Notes: generated by a model from the letters alone, not told the origin. Positions 48,166-60,982 are shown, numbered from the stretch's first letter. The stretch is 64,000 nucleotides of DNA from Balamuthia mandrillaris (GCA_031835245.2 JAVKOQ020000061.1:1-64000); one strand, 5' to 3'. Made by a program: numbers and translations.

Positions 48166-48839
48166 ATGAAGAGCAGAACAGAGCAAATGAGAAAGAAAGC
48201 GACAGATAGAGAAGAGGGAGAGAGAGAGAGAGAGAGAAGACAGAGAGGAGGGAGCAAAGAGAAGAGAGAGGACAGAGAGGAGAGAAACAAAGAGAGAGCG
48301 TACCCAAAAGGAGAGAGTGAACTCATGAAGGCGAAGTTGGGTGTCCTCCACCACCAAAGGGCCACCAGGGCGTGGTGGTTGGTGCTGCTGCCAAAAGACG
48401 ACCGGCTTGGGTGCAGCATGAGCCTCTCTGCTGGAGAGCGTGTATCTCACTTCTCCTCTCTCCACAAATCCTTTTTGCCGAAATGAGAATTAAAAATAAA
48501 GCGAGTCGAGTGCCACCAAAGGGTCTTACCTAGATGCTTGAAAAGCTCTTTCCAAGAAGAGAAGTTGTTGTGAGAAGCATCCAGAGGTCCAAACTGGTGC
48601 AAGAAGAGTTCGTTCCAGAGTTGCTTTGTTGCAAATGAATGAATGAATCAGCTGAAAGAAAAATGCAAAGATATTTTTATTTAAACCTCATCAGAAGCAA
48701 CGGCGCAGAAAGTGGAAGAGACAGAGTGAACGTTGAGTAGGTCCGACGGCGGAAGAAAACGGAAGATGTGCAGCAGCACCTCGTTGGGCAGCAGGTGGAA
48801 GAGCGAAGCCGCAGCTGGCGCTACTCCAGCGCTGTTCAT
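46436..48839 (-). CDS. F-box protein with LamG/ConA-like middle region and C-terminal ZZ-type zinc finger
   Basis: F-box LLPNEVLLHIFRFLPPSDL at about 48740-48800. LamG-like EFTLSFW, WTHVLL, LYFDG, GHLDSVLYYGGRAL. ZZ-like HNGYQCDGC...ITGLRYRCFKRCNFDLCHTC...H..SH. Confidence 0.7.
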
Positions 48840-49099
48840 CTTTAAAGGTATAATAACCGGGTCGACACGAAATAATAGACCAGGAATGCTGCAGCTTTTG
48901 TGGACGATTTTTGCAGGATATGATTGAAATTTGGACGAAAAAATTTGAATTTTTCGAATGAAAATTGAATGAAATTTGGATGAAAAAATTTGACTATACC
49001 ATTTTTTTTTTTGCTATTTAAAAATCATTTATGTAATAAAGCCCAACCACGACAGACAGGTTTGAACGCCAAACAACAACAACAACAGCACCAAATACT

Positions 49100-50651
49100 A
49101 TGTCAAGCCAGAGCCTCCACACCGCCAAATCCATTCTCTCCATTCGCTCACCTTCTTTGGCCGCCTCTGCTCTTCGTCTCTCTCCTGGCCGCTGCTTCTC
49201 CTCTCACTGCTGCCCCTCTTCTTCGCCCTCCAGCCCTCCCGCCCTTCTTCTGGACCGCAGCAAGCAGAAGACGATGAAGGCGGCGGTCTTCAAGGGGGCC
49301 GACCGCATCCTCCTCGAGGAGAAGCCCATCCCCAGGCCCGGCCCCGGCGAGGCCCTCATCAAGATCACCACCACGACCATCTGCGGGACGGACGTGCACA
49401 TCCTCAAGGGCGAATACCCCGTGGAGAGAGGGCTGACCATCGGCCACGAGCCTGTGGGGGTGATCGCCGAGCTCGGCCCCGGCCTCCAGGAGAAGCAGGC
49501 CTGCGGGGGATACCAGGTGGGGCAGAGGGTGGTTGTCGGCGCCATCACGCCCTGCGGGCAGTGCTTCAGCTGCTTGTCCCACCATTCGTCGCAATGCGGA
49601 GGAAAGGTTTGCTTCCGTTTCGTTTCGTTTCGTTCGTTTCGTTCGGTGTTGTCGTTCCCGTTTCGTTCTAACCACTCGCCACCACCACAAATGAAACACA
49701 GGCCATGGGAGGATGGCGCTTTGGCAACACGATCGATGGCGCGCAGGCGGAGTACCTGCTGGTGCCGGATGCAATGGCCAACCTGGCGCCCATCCCCGCC
49801 GGCCTGTCCGACGAGCAGGTGTTGATGTGCCCTGACATTATGAGCACCGGGTTCAGCGGGGCTGAGAGCGGAAACGTGAATATCGGTAGGCAAGTTTTTT
49901 GAGAGAAAGAAGGAGAAACGGCAGAGGAGAAAGAGAGAGAACGAAGAAAGAAAAAGAAACTACAAATGAGCAAGGACACGACCGATAAGATACTCATCCA
50001 TTGTCTTTCCACACCAATGTGCGCAGGAGATAAAGTGGCCGTCTTCGCACAGGGACCCATCGGCCTCTGCGCCACTCTGGGAGCGAAGCTTCGGGGGGCT
50101 TCGATGATCATCGCTGTTGACAGCAATCCCATCCGTCTGGAGATGTCCCGCCGACTCGGTGCCACTCACACCATCAACTTCCGACAGGAGGGAGACGTGG
50201 TGAGGAAAATCCGAGAGGAGCTGACGGAGGGGCGTGGCGTGGATGTCAGCATCGAGGCTTTGGGCCTGCAGGAGACCTTGGAGAGCTGTTTGAAGGTATT
50301 GAAGCCGGGAGGCACGTTGTCCTCGTTGGGAGTCTATTCAGGAAAGTCGGTGCAGCTCCCGTTGGACGCCTTCGCCGCCGGTTTGGGTGACCACAAGGTT
50401 TGTGTTTTAACTTTGTTGCATTCTTGCTTGTCTCTCTTACGCGTCTTCTCTCTGTGTTTGAAAAGTTGGTAACAACGCTATGTCCCGGAGGCAAAGAACG
50501 AATGCGTCGCTTGATGGATGTGTTGGCCTCCGGCTCTGCTGACTTGCGTCCGTTGGTAACCCACCACTTCAAGCTGGATGATATTGAGAAGGCGTATGAC
50601 CTCTTTGCCCATCAGAGGGATGGTGTCTTGAAGGTTGCCATCAAGCCTTAA
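49100..50651 (+). CDS. Zinc-dependent medium-chain alcohol dehydrogenase (bacterial-like) with N-terminal presequence
   Basis: TICGTDVH, GHEPVG, structural Zn motif CGQCFSC...C, PDIMSTG, AQGPIG; three introns. Confidence 0.92.
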
Positions 50652-50804
50652 TAACAGAGGAGTAAAGAGAGAGTTTTGTTAGTGGTTCTCGTTGTACTTT
50701 GAAAAAAACTAACAGAAACAAAATGTACATTCTTTATCAAGTTTTATGCACAATAAACAACCAAGAAAGAAAGAGAAGAAACAAGGAAAGGAAGAGAAAA
50801 GAGG

Positions 50805-51408
50805 TTAGAATGCTTTGGCAGTGTTCCACATGACTTCAATTTGGGTTCGGTTGGTATAGTCTATAAGATCAGCATTCCAAATGCCAACACCACGGAGAAA
50901 CTTGGCCTTGGCGAGCTTCACCTTCAGCGTCAGAGAAGCTGGATCGTCGTACCATATCTGATGCATTTGTCCTTGCGTCTGTGTAAAAAGACACATATTG
51001 AGAAAAGAGATAAGAAACTAAAAGAAAGCAAAAGAGGAAAACTAAACTGCAAAGAACACATAAAAGACAATAACAAGAAAAAAGAAAACGAAAAAGGCTA
51101 ACCGCGTTGAAATAGTTCGTGTACGGAGAGAGTGAACGCTCATCCCATTGTCGTCCATTTAACGACCCACCAGAAGCATATAACTTCTCTATCCAGTCAA
51201 AGAATCTTCCTTTTGCGTTTGCATCGCTGCAATAAGCCCCTCGAAACGGAACCGGTTCGTTTGGACAGACAGTCATGTTGGTGGGATGAATGCAGCGATA
51301 GTCACGACCGTACCAAGGTAATGCTAAGACCAGCTTGCTTTTATCGACTCCCAATTGAATGAAACGATCGATTCCCTTTGTTATTTGAAAAAGACAAACA
51401 GATAGTAA

Positions 51409-51473
<65 letters not shown>

Positions 51474-52503
51474 ACATGTCCAACACTATAGTAACCGGAA
51501 TTGGGACCAGCAATGCATGGTTGAGGCTCAAAGATTTGTGACTGCAAGTCATAGGCCATTACCACCAGAAAGTCAAGTGCTTGGCTTAGGCCTAAATAGT
51601 CGTAGCATCTGTTATCAACGCAATCGGGAGACCACGCCACCTTTTGAATTGCGAAAGAATCGGAACAGAAAGAAAAACGAGTTAAAGACAGAAGACAACG
51701 AGAACAGAGAGAAGCAAGAGAAAGAGAAAGAGAAACGACGAAAGAGAAAGAGAAAGAGAAACGGCGAAAGAGAAAGAGAAACGACGAAAGAAAATGAGAG
51801 AAAGAGAAAGAACGAATGAGAGCAAAAGAGAGAGGAGAGAATAGGGAAACAGATAAGAGAGAAAAAAGAAGAGAGTACATCGAAAGAAACTTGAGAGCCA
51901 GGAATGCGGCTATGAAACGCTGCCACGGTTTCTTGCATGAGAACGACCTGCATTTTGCGCTCCTCCACAGCGGATGCAGGGATCTGGGCCTCCATGTCAA
52001 AGTTGATGCCATCGGCATTCTTGCTGGCCACCCTCTCTATTTGTTGCTCTATCCACTCGTGTCTTTTGGTGCCAAGATAAAAAAACATTAAAGAAAATTT
52101 AGTTATAAAAATAAAAACCACAATAAAACCAAAAATAAAAACAAAACAAATAAAATAAAATACAAAACTAATACAAAGAAAAATAAAAAAATAAAAAACA
52201 AAAACAAAATAAAAACAAAACAAAACACAGGTTAATATAAACAAATAAAATCACAAATAGTAAACAAAACAAATAAAATACAAAAAATACAAAGAAATTC
52301 AAAAAACAAAACAAATAAAAATACAAAAATAAAATAAAAAACAAAAATAAAATAAAATAAAAACAAAAAAACAAAAAAAAATTACAAATAAAATTAAAAA
52401 AACAAAAAATGAAGCAAAAAAAAATACCTTTGTTGAGCATTGGAGAGGTTGGCCACAGGAAAGCTGGTAGAGAGAACCACCCTTGCTCCCACGGAATGGA
52501 CAT
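50805..52503 (-). CDS. CTBS: Di-N-acetylchitobiase-like GH18, apparently 5'-truncated (possible pseudogene)
   Basis: HSVGARVV, DGINFDME (GH18 DxxDxE-type motif), DVAWSP..D.RCYDY, VMAYD, LALPWYG, QIWYDDPASL, GVGIWNAD. No in-frame ATG or signal peptide was found upstream of 52503. Confidence 0.75.
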
Positions 52504-52619
52504 GTTTTGGCGGCGCGGTTCTAATGATGTAATCATCATACAAATATTGTAGACACTGAGCTGACGTCAATCCCAAGAGATCATTTGGGGTTTGCCGAAC
52601 GACGCCCCATAGATTAAAT

Positions 52620-52890
52620 TCTCTCTCTGCTCTCTTCTCTCTTCTCTCTTCTCTCTTCTCTCTTCTCTCTTCTCCCTTCTCCCTTCTCCCTTCTCTCTTC
52701 TCTCTTCTCTCTTCTCTCTTCTTCTTCTCTTCCTCTTCTCTCTTCTCTCTTTCTTCCTCTTCTCTTCTCTCTTCTCTCTTCTCTCTCTCTCTCTTCTCTC
52801 TTCTCTTCTCTTCTCTTCTCTTCTCTCTTCTCTCTTCTCTCTTCTCCCTTCTCTCTTCTCTCTTCTCTCTTCTCTCTTCTCTCTTCTCTC
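52620..52890. repeat. Long (CTCTTCT)n-type polypyrimidine tract
   Basis: About 270 nt of almost pure C/T between the RABGGTB 3' end and the GH18 gene. Confidence 0.95.
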
Positions 52891-53058
52891 GGATCTCTGC
52901 TCTCTTCTGTATAACAAATAAAAAACGGTTCTCTTCTTTGCTTCTTTCAACAGTGTTTTATTTCTCTTCCCTTTCCGTTTGCTTTTTTCCTCTTCTATGT
53001 TCTTTGCTTTGTTTTTTTTTTTCTTTGTTCAAAAGTTCAAAACAATGCAGGTTTCAAC

Positions 53059-54642
53059 TTAGGATGAAGAGGAAGCAGCAGCCAGCCAGGAAGTTGTTGG
53101 AATCTTAACGCCTGTTCTTGACAGAGTCTCCTTCGTCAAGGCATATGCCGGATCTATCTCCTTCAACGACTCATATCCCAACAAAGATAGGCCTAGACGC
53201 ACACAAGTAGAAACGTGTGAAAACAGGTAGAAGAGAGAACAAGAAGAGAAAGAAGATACCTCCTACGCCAAAGAAAGTGTGAAAGATGTCAACCATGTCG
53301 CCAGGTCTGTCTGCAATGCCGCCCGTTTCTGCATCTTGAGAGGCAAGAATAAACTCGCGCAGCTTCTCTCTGTCGATCCAGTGTATCCTGTCCAAGATGC
53401 TCAATGCTGACATTACCCACCACGAATAACATACCTGTTTAACGAAACAATAGAGTCAACCCCATCGATAAAAAAGCAAAAAGGAGAAAGGAGAAGAGAG
53501 AAGCAATGAAGGAGGAGGAAGCGAAGAAACGAAAAAGAACAAGTGTTTTGTACATCAGCAAGTTTTTCAGGTCTGCCATTAAGTCCACCGTTTTCCAGTT
53601 GCCGCTCGCACAGCCACCACCCCAACAGATCGGCATTCAAATGGTGCAACGCCCCAGCAATGGCCAAAGCTGCTACACAACAAAACGCTGCAGCATGGAA
53701 AACAAAATGGAAAGAAGTTGTTTTTTGTTAGCCAGAGAGAAAGTAGAAAAAGAAAAGGCGAGTAAGGAAGAAGAATCGAAGGGTATACTTTGTCCAGCAT
53801 GAGACTCAGCACCAGGAGTACAGCCAAAGGCACCGTCAAAGTTTTTGCAGGACACGATGTACTCCACCGCTTTGTCCAGGTTCATGGCATCCAGCCTGCC
53901 CAACAGCGACAAGCAATTGATGGCACAGTACACAAACCTAAGCGAGAACGAGGTCAGCTCGCCGAGAAGAAACGATGACGGCGTACAAAAATAAAGAGCA
54001 CAGAGCAACAAACATAAAAACGAAAAGCAAAGAGCACATGCCTTGTATCAACTTCACCCCATTCATCACCAAAGAAAGAACCATCGGGTTGTTGCAGGCC
54101 AGCCACAAAGCCGACCACCGCTTCTTTGTCTGGCAAGCGGTCCAATGCACCCAGTATGGCCAAGACTTGCACCGCGCTCAGGGTGTAGAGCATGTGTGGG
54201 TCGTGTCCTACATTGCCTCCGAACCCGCCTTTGTGGTTTTTGTTGTTATTGTCAGTGTCACGACGAACGAAGAGAAGCAGAGAACGAGAGAAGCAGAGAA
54301 GAGAAGAGGAACGAAGATAAACCGTTAGGGTGTTGGCACTTTAACACCCATTGAATGGTGCGTTCGCGTTGTGGTTGCAGGACAGAAAGGGCGTCCAGCA
54401 TGTCCATGGCGCAGGTGCCCCAGTACACTCCGCTTACTCGAAGATGCTCTGTGGTGTAGTACTCAAAGTTGTCCTTTTTCTATGCACACAAAGAAACGAA
54501 CAGGTTACAAAGAAGCACGCATAAGGGAGAGAGACAAGAGAAGAGAGATCTGAGAAACCTGCTCCAGAGAAACAATGTACTCTTTGTGCTTGTCCCGCAG
54601 AAAAGAAAGTGGTTTCGTCTCTTGTTTCGTCGTATCTTCCAT
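53059..54642 (-). CDS. RABGGTB: Rab geranylgeranyltransferase (type II) beta subunit
   Basis: [70 protein letters not shown]. Confidence 0.95.
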
Positions 54643-54888
54643 GCCTATCAAGTGACTTGCAGTTAAGCTCAAACGTGAATGTGTGTTTTTTTTTTAAAAA
54701 AAAAAAAAGGTTCAGCAAAGCACTTGACACAAAACCCAAACACTTCTCCTTCGCTTCGTCTCTCTTTCTTCTTCGCTCCACTTCTGTTCTTTTTTGTCGA
54801 CATACCTAACATGCGTAACATTTCTGGTATCCTTTAAATTCCATGCATTCTTTAAATTGTTTTAATTTATTAGGCCGTAACCCTAACC

Positions 54889-55041
54889 CTAACCCGTGAG
54901 CCCTAACCCAGAGTTGGCTTGAGGCGTCTTGTTGGCGGAGGAGGAGCCCTTCATGCGAATGGAGTTCAAGAAGCTCAAATCGATGTAGTTGTTGGCCTTT
55001 TCTGCTCGCTTCTTCTTCTGTTGGAGGATATTGTGAAAGCA

Positions 55042-55084
<43 letters not shown>

Positions 55085-55340
55085 AGAGAAAGAGAAAGAG
55101 AAAGAGATAGAGAAAGAGAAAGAGAAAGAGAAAGAGAAAGAGAAAGAGAAAGAGAAAGAGAAAGAGAAAGAGAAAGAGAAAGAGTGAGTGAACAAAGAGT
55201 GGAAAACGAAGATGAAGAATGGAGAGGAGTGTGAAACAAAACGGCAAGCGAGCAAACAGAGTAGACATAGGGACAGGCGGAGCAGCAGCGGGAGGAGAGC
55301 AGAGGAGAGAAGAGGGAAGAGAAGTAAAAGCTAGAGAGAG

Positions 55341-55372
<32 letters not shown>

Positions 55373-55994
55373 GCAAGACCTCTTTTTCCCAACGTTTAGA
55401 CACCTCCTTCTTCTCTCTGGTTGCCCGCGCAGCGGTCTTTGGTGCTTCCGAGCGGAAGCTGTCATAGTTCACCTCCCTGCCCTCAATGTCCTCCGCATGC
55501 ACCTCTTTGTAGGCACGCAGCACCAAAGGATCTGTTATCAGTTCGCCCTGCATGCAAAAAAAAAAAAGGGATGAGAAGGGCAAAACAAAAACACAACAAA
55601 AAAAAGAGTAGCGGTGCGGTCGGCTATGTTTTCTTTTCTCGCTACTCAAAATCAAACATTCAAAAACAAAACATTAAAAAAAAACGTAGCACTACGGTAC
55701 TTGTTGTTTTTGCTTTTCTTTCACTTCTCTTGTCTCTTGAATCCTCTTTCGCACGGCCTCCATGCTGCTCACCCTCTTCTGCAGGCGCTGGTTCATCAGC
55801 GGTACGGAGGAGCGGTGATAGCCAGCAGCGCATGGGGAGGAGAAGAGGCCGCGGCCTCTGCCGGAATTCAAGCGAGAGGAGGATGATGAAGAAGAAGAAG
55901 AAGAAGAGAAGGAGGGCACAGCGGAAAGGAAGCTCCGGCAACCGCAAGCACTGCTGGCGCGAGGGAGTGCCATCATCATTCGTGGCCGCTGCAT
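54889..55994 (-). CDS. Hypothetical basic protein with mitochondrial-presequence-like N-terminus
   Basis: R/S-rich, acid-free N-terminus MQRPRMMMALPRASS...; charged exons at 55380-55548 and 54889-55030 separated by CT-repeat introns. Confidence 0.45.
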
Positions 55995-56517
55995 AGATGA
56001 TCTTTTTTTTGTCTTAGTTGTCCTGTTCTTGTGCACAATCGCTTAACAGTTTTCGAGCAGCTTTTCCTGTCGACAATGGCCATTTCAAGGTTGCTGCTAT
56101 CCGATACTGGCAGAGCAACTTCCCAATAGTGTCCAACCCGAGGCACTACAGCTCGTGCTGATCGTTCTTCCATCGTGTCACCAGCGGTAATTTGGAACGG
56201 GTACTTTTGGTAATTGTTGTCGACAAGGAAGAGAAGAAAAAAAAAAACAAGAGCCAATATCATTTTTTTCCTCCCTATCGGGCACACGTACGTAAAGAGC
56301 TTCAGCGTTGGCACCACGGCCAACCCCACTTGTAATACTGTCTGTTGAAGTTCGTGCTTGTTCTTCTTTTTTTTTTTGATTCAAAAACCCCCAAAAAAAA
56401 AGTTTTTGATTGATTTCTTTGGAGACACGATTGACTGAACAAACATATTTTTTTTATTGAAGTTTGCATAACAGAGTTGAAGAACGCTCAAGTTGGGTGT
56501 GTAATCCATCCCCAAAG

Positions 56518-58757
56518 ATGCCAAGTCCAGCTTTGCTAGCAGGCCTCGCCACCTTCTTGCTCGCCCTCCACCTGCTCGTCTTGCCCTCCCAGGCAGACAT
56601 CTACATGCACAACCCGCGGGGTAGCAACAACCGCCTGGTGGCCGCCTCCAACAACCGCCTCTTTGACTCCCAAAACAACAACAACGGCGGCTACCACTGG
56701 GGTCCCAAGATGCACTTCCTCACTGGCTCCCGCCTTTCCATCGAGTGGACCCACCAGCACTCCTGCGCCAACCCCAACACCCACTGCAACATCGTCATCC
56801 AGTACATGTGCCAGGACGACGGGATTGCCGACCGCTTGGGCTGGGACACCTGGCACATCCGCGACGGGGTGAGCAACGACATCATCCCCGACGACGTCAA
56901 CACTTACAACCAGCTGCAGGCCGACCCCCAGGAGTTCCAGGCCCGCGGGGACGAGCCCGCCAGGGAGTGCGTCACCGGCAGTGGCGACGGCTGCCAGGTC
57001 TACACCTACGGCATGCACGAGCCCTACGAGTACTACCAGGCCTGCAAGGTCAGGCCCAGGAACCAGGGCCTCTTTGTAGCCGACCAGAACCCTGGCAACC
57101 AGGCCACCAGGACCAGACAGAACCCTGGCGGCACCCGACGGGGCTTTGAGTGCCCCGAGGAGAGAGACTACTACCCTTATTGGTATCCCTCCCCCTGGAA
57201 GGACATTGCCGTGCTAGTGGACGACTCGGATGACTGTGACTACTTCACCACCAACAGTCAGAACAAGAGGGCCAAGGGCTATTGCTCCCTGCCGCAGTTT
57301 GCGACGGAGAAGACCTGCCTTGATGGAGGCGGTCGGTGGGACTGGTTTACTTGGGGCATTGGTGAGCCTGATTGCTTTGTCATGAGGCGCGATGACCGTG
57401 ACAACCACTTGGGTACCCTTTCCATTCTCTGCTTCTTTCTTCTTGTTTTGCTATTTCCCTCCAATTCTCTTCTTATTCTTGTTCTCGTTCTTTTGTGCTT
57501 CTTGGCCTTCTTCTGCTTCTCCCTCCTCCCGTTCCTCCTCCTCCTTCTCTCTCTCTCTCTCTCTCTCTCTCCTTCTCTCTCCCTCTCTCTCTTCCTGCTT
57601 GTTCTTCATTTTAACAAGAACAAATATTGGTTAGGCAACTCTGGAGGAGGACCCTACACCAGTATGTACAACTGGACCATCCCCGACGATGTCAACGAGC
57701 GCTGCGTGCTGCGCATCCGCTACAACATCTCCACCGGCGACTACAGCCGCAACCTCGACTACCGCCACAACGGCGCCGAGCTCTCCCCAGTCACTAACAA
57801 CCCCTCCGTCCCCCTTTTTAACGATGACCTCTACAAAGTCCGCCTGGCCGTCAACACCGCCCAGTTTGGCAGGACCTTCCAGGACCGCTCCCACGTCTTT
57901 GCCATTCGCGACCGCGGCGTGGACGACATCAAGCGCATCTTCAACATCAACGTCCGCGGCAAGCGTGGTAACATCGTGCAGGTCTACCCCGCCGTGGAAT
58001 ACGACTTTACTCCCAACAACCTGGACGTTCGCGTCGGCGACTACATCCACTTCCAATGGACCGGGGCGGACAGCAACCCCACCGGCAACGACGGCGAGGG
58101 CACCCTGGGCACCGATCGCAGCAACGTGGTCTTTGTGAACCACCTCAGCAAGAACTACCCCGCAGGCGATCAGGACTTCTTCTCCGGCAGCAGCACCGCC
58201 CGGCGCTTTGCCTATCTTGATCAGGACCCCGAGCAGTGCGCAGCGGACTATCAGGCCATGCTCGACGAGGGCCTCAACCAGGATCAGAGGGAGAGGGACC
58301 CGAGGAACTGCGAGCTCCTGAACGCGGCCTCGAGGTACTTTGATGGCGGGTTGTTGGAGATCACGGAGGACCATGCCTGGACTACCTACCATTACATCTC
58401 CACCAGGAACAACAACTTTAGCAATCGTTCTCAAAAAGGTTTGTGTTGTGCTGTGTTGTGTTGCTTTGTTTGATCGTGGTCTAATGCCTATTCTACGTTG
58501 ACAAAAGGGACAATAACGGTGGTGCCATTCTTGCCTGTTTGGGCTATTGTATTGGTGAGCCTTGGCGGTCTCTTCTGTCTTGTCTCGCTGGCTCTTTCTG
58601 GAGTGATGATGTGGGCTCGTTTTCATCCTCAATCTGGATTGGTATGATACATTGCTTACTTCTTCTTCCCTCTCATTTCCGTTACCATGTTAGTTCTAAT
58701 GCTTGTTGCTTTCTTCTATTCATTTTTCAGGCACACACTTTCTCTAAGCTGTCTTAA
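56518..58757 (+). CDS. DD3-3-like type I membrane protein
   Basis: Signal peptide, then DIYMHNPRGSNNRL, RLFDSQNN..GGY, ECPEERDYYPYW.PSPW.DIA, CVLRIRYNIST, GRTFQDRSH, NVRGKRGNIVQVYPAVEYDF, TRNNNFSNRSQKG, and a C-terminal TM. Matches my recollection of Dictyostelium DD3-3. Confidence 0.85.
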
Positions 58758-58897
58758 GATGGCTAAGAGAGAGGGAGGGAGAACAAAAGAAGACAACGAA
58801 TCGCTTTCTTTTTCTTTTTTGTTTAGATGTTCTTTTGTTGCTTATTTTCTTTTTTGTTATTATTTTTATTTATCATTTGTTTGTGTTTTATAAAAAC

Positions 58898-60776
58898 TCA
58901 TACCAACTTTCTTCTCTTTTGCTTCTCTTGTTTTCCTCCTGCCACTTCCTCTTCTTTTTCTTTCTCTTTCTCTTCTTCTGCTTCTTCTTTATCCTCTTCT
59001 GCTTCTTCTTCCTCATTACTCTCTTTCTCCTCTTCCTCTTCCTCTTCTTCGTTCGCTTCTTCTTTTTGGTCTTCTTTTTCAGCAGCAACAACAAAGTCTT
59101 GCTCAAAGCCATCCGGAATATATCCATAGTAATAGAGGTACCACTGCCTCCACTGCTCTTTCGTGTACTGCTGCTGGGCTCCCGCTTGTTGATGCGGCCA
59201 TCCTCCTCCTCCTCCATAACCAGAAGCATTTGAGGAAGAAGCATAAGCAGCAGAAGAATCACCATATTGGGTATCGGTATTGGGATAGGCATCTCCGTTG
59301 GAGAGAGCTTGCATGTCGGGATAGAGCGGTGTGCCGTACGTTTGTTGAACGGCTTGCCGTACTTTGAGCTCCATGGCGCGTGCGTTCTCCTCCTGCGCGC
59401 GTGGGTTGGGATCCTCGTTGGCCCATCGCACGTTTAGCACCTCCTTGTAGCCGAGGGTTTGGTCGGCCATGGCCTCCTTGGCAAACTCGGCAGCAGCGCG
59501 CAGTTTGTACCTTACAAAGGCGATCGACTTGTCGTAGATGACTCTCACTGATGAGTTTTATTTTATTGCAAGTTAGTATTTGTTGTGCGAAAAGGATAGA
59601 AAAGAGAAGGAGAGATAGAGAGAAACGTACATGATTCGATGTGGCCCCATTCGATAAAGTTTTTCCGTATGAGCTCTTCTAGGTCAGCGCCTTTGACTCT
59701 ACGAAGGCCACCCACGTAGAGAGTTCTGTTGTCTCTGGAGAAGGAGCCTCTGCCACCCATATCATCACGATCCATGCTATTTTTTTGTGTCAAAGGGTGA
59801 GCAAACAAACAATAGCTTTTTTTGTCTTGGGCTTTGTCTTCTCTCTCTCTCTCTCTCTCTCTCTCCCTCCCTTGTGTCGTCTCTTCTCTCCCTTCCCTTC
59901 TCTCTCTCTCTCTCTCTCTCGTCGTTCTCTATTTTTCACCCACGCATGGAATAAGAAGGTCGTACCGATGCCGTTCTCTGCCGAAAACGTCGTAGGCAAG
60001 GTCCAATCGGGCTTCTTCTTGCTCATCTGGCAAGCGATGGTAGAAAGTGCACTCTGCTCCCTGCTCGCCCGCATCGCTAGCAGGTTAGCTCTCCATAGAG
60101 GATTGACAACACACCAGGGAGAAGAACGAAAGACGGAGAGAACACGGGAGGGTAGAGAAGAGTGGAGGTGGAAGAAAAGAACAGTAACAGAGGGAGAGGC
60201 AAAGAAGCGGACAAAGAACCTTGATGCATTTGCCTTTGGCAAAGAAGAGACAAATCCAACTGTCTGGCGCCGCTTTGGTCTCTCCCGCATCTCGTCTTGG
60301 CACACAGCGATAAGCTGCATTTTCTCTGCAGCAACATTTTTTTCAGAAACACTTAGCCACCCACCACAAATCGAAAACAGGATAAAACGAGAAGAGATTG
60401 AGAGAGAGAGAAAGAGCGAAAGAGAGAAGAGGAGGGCGAGAAGGATGACGCACTTTCCCGCGACACGAGTGCTCTGGTAGTCGCCCAGTTTTCTGTGGTA
60501 CCAAATATTGTACATGGTGGCATCTGTGTCCCACTTGTCCACCTCTGCGGCCTGTTTTCTAGCTGGTCGATTGAAGGTGCCCAGGAAGGGAGGGCCTTGC
60601 GGACTGATTGAATCAGTTGGTACCAGCGCCTGCCCCGCTTCCTCCCGGTCCGCACTGGCACTCCCGCCGCTTCGACTGGCACTTCCGCCACGCGAAGGTG
60701 GCCCGACCGGGTTCTGCTGTTGTTGCCACGCGAAGGTTGCCATGGCTTGATCGACGGCTTCTGCTCCTCTCTTCAT
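58898..60776 (-). CDS. CWC2: Pre-mRNA splicing factor Cwc2 (CCCH zinc finger + RRM)
   Basis: RPARKQ, YNIWY, ICLFFAKGKC, DVFGRERH, RDDMGGRGSF, RTLYVGG, AEFAKEAM, LNVRWA.EDPNP. Confidence 0.9.
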
Positions 60777-60982
60777 CTTTACTTTTTTCTGCACAAATTC
60801 TCGTGACGACGTGATAAAATCATTCATGTCGTCAAAAAAGGCGAAATTTCATACATTGAGATCGTTAAAGGTCTCTGATTTATGATTGGTGATTATAATT
60901 TGTCGACGTATAGATTAAGAAATAGATCATTTAAGATATCTGATTTATGATTGGCGCTTTGAAAATATAGGGAACCAAAGGA

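Noticed and set aside
56000..56390. Possible small minus-strand gene or extra exons upstream of 55994
   Set aside because: Intron-like signals exist, but no spliced frame gave a convincing protein.
57631..58632. Long antisense ORFs opposite DD3-3 (also opposite ADH and POLE)
   Set aside because: Shadow ORFs caused by codon bias on the coding strand.
58731..58757. SKL near the DD3-3 C-terminus as a PTS1
   Set aside because: The protein ends FSKLS, so SKL is not terminal, and it has a signal peptide and TM.
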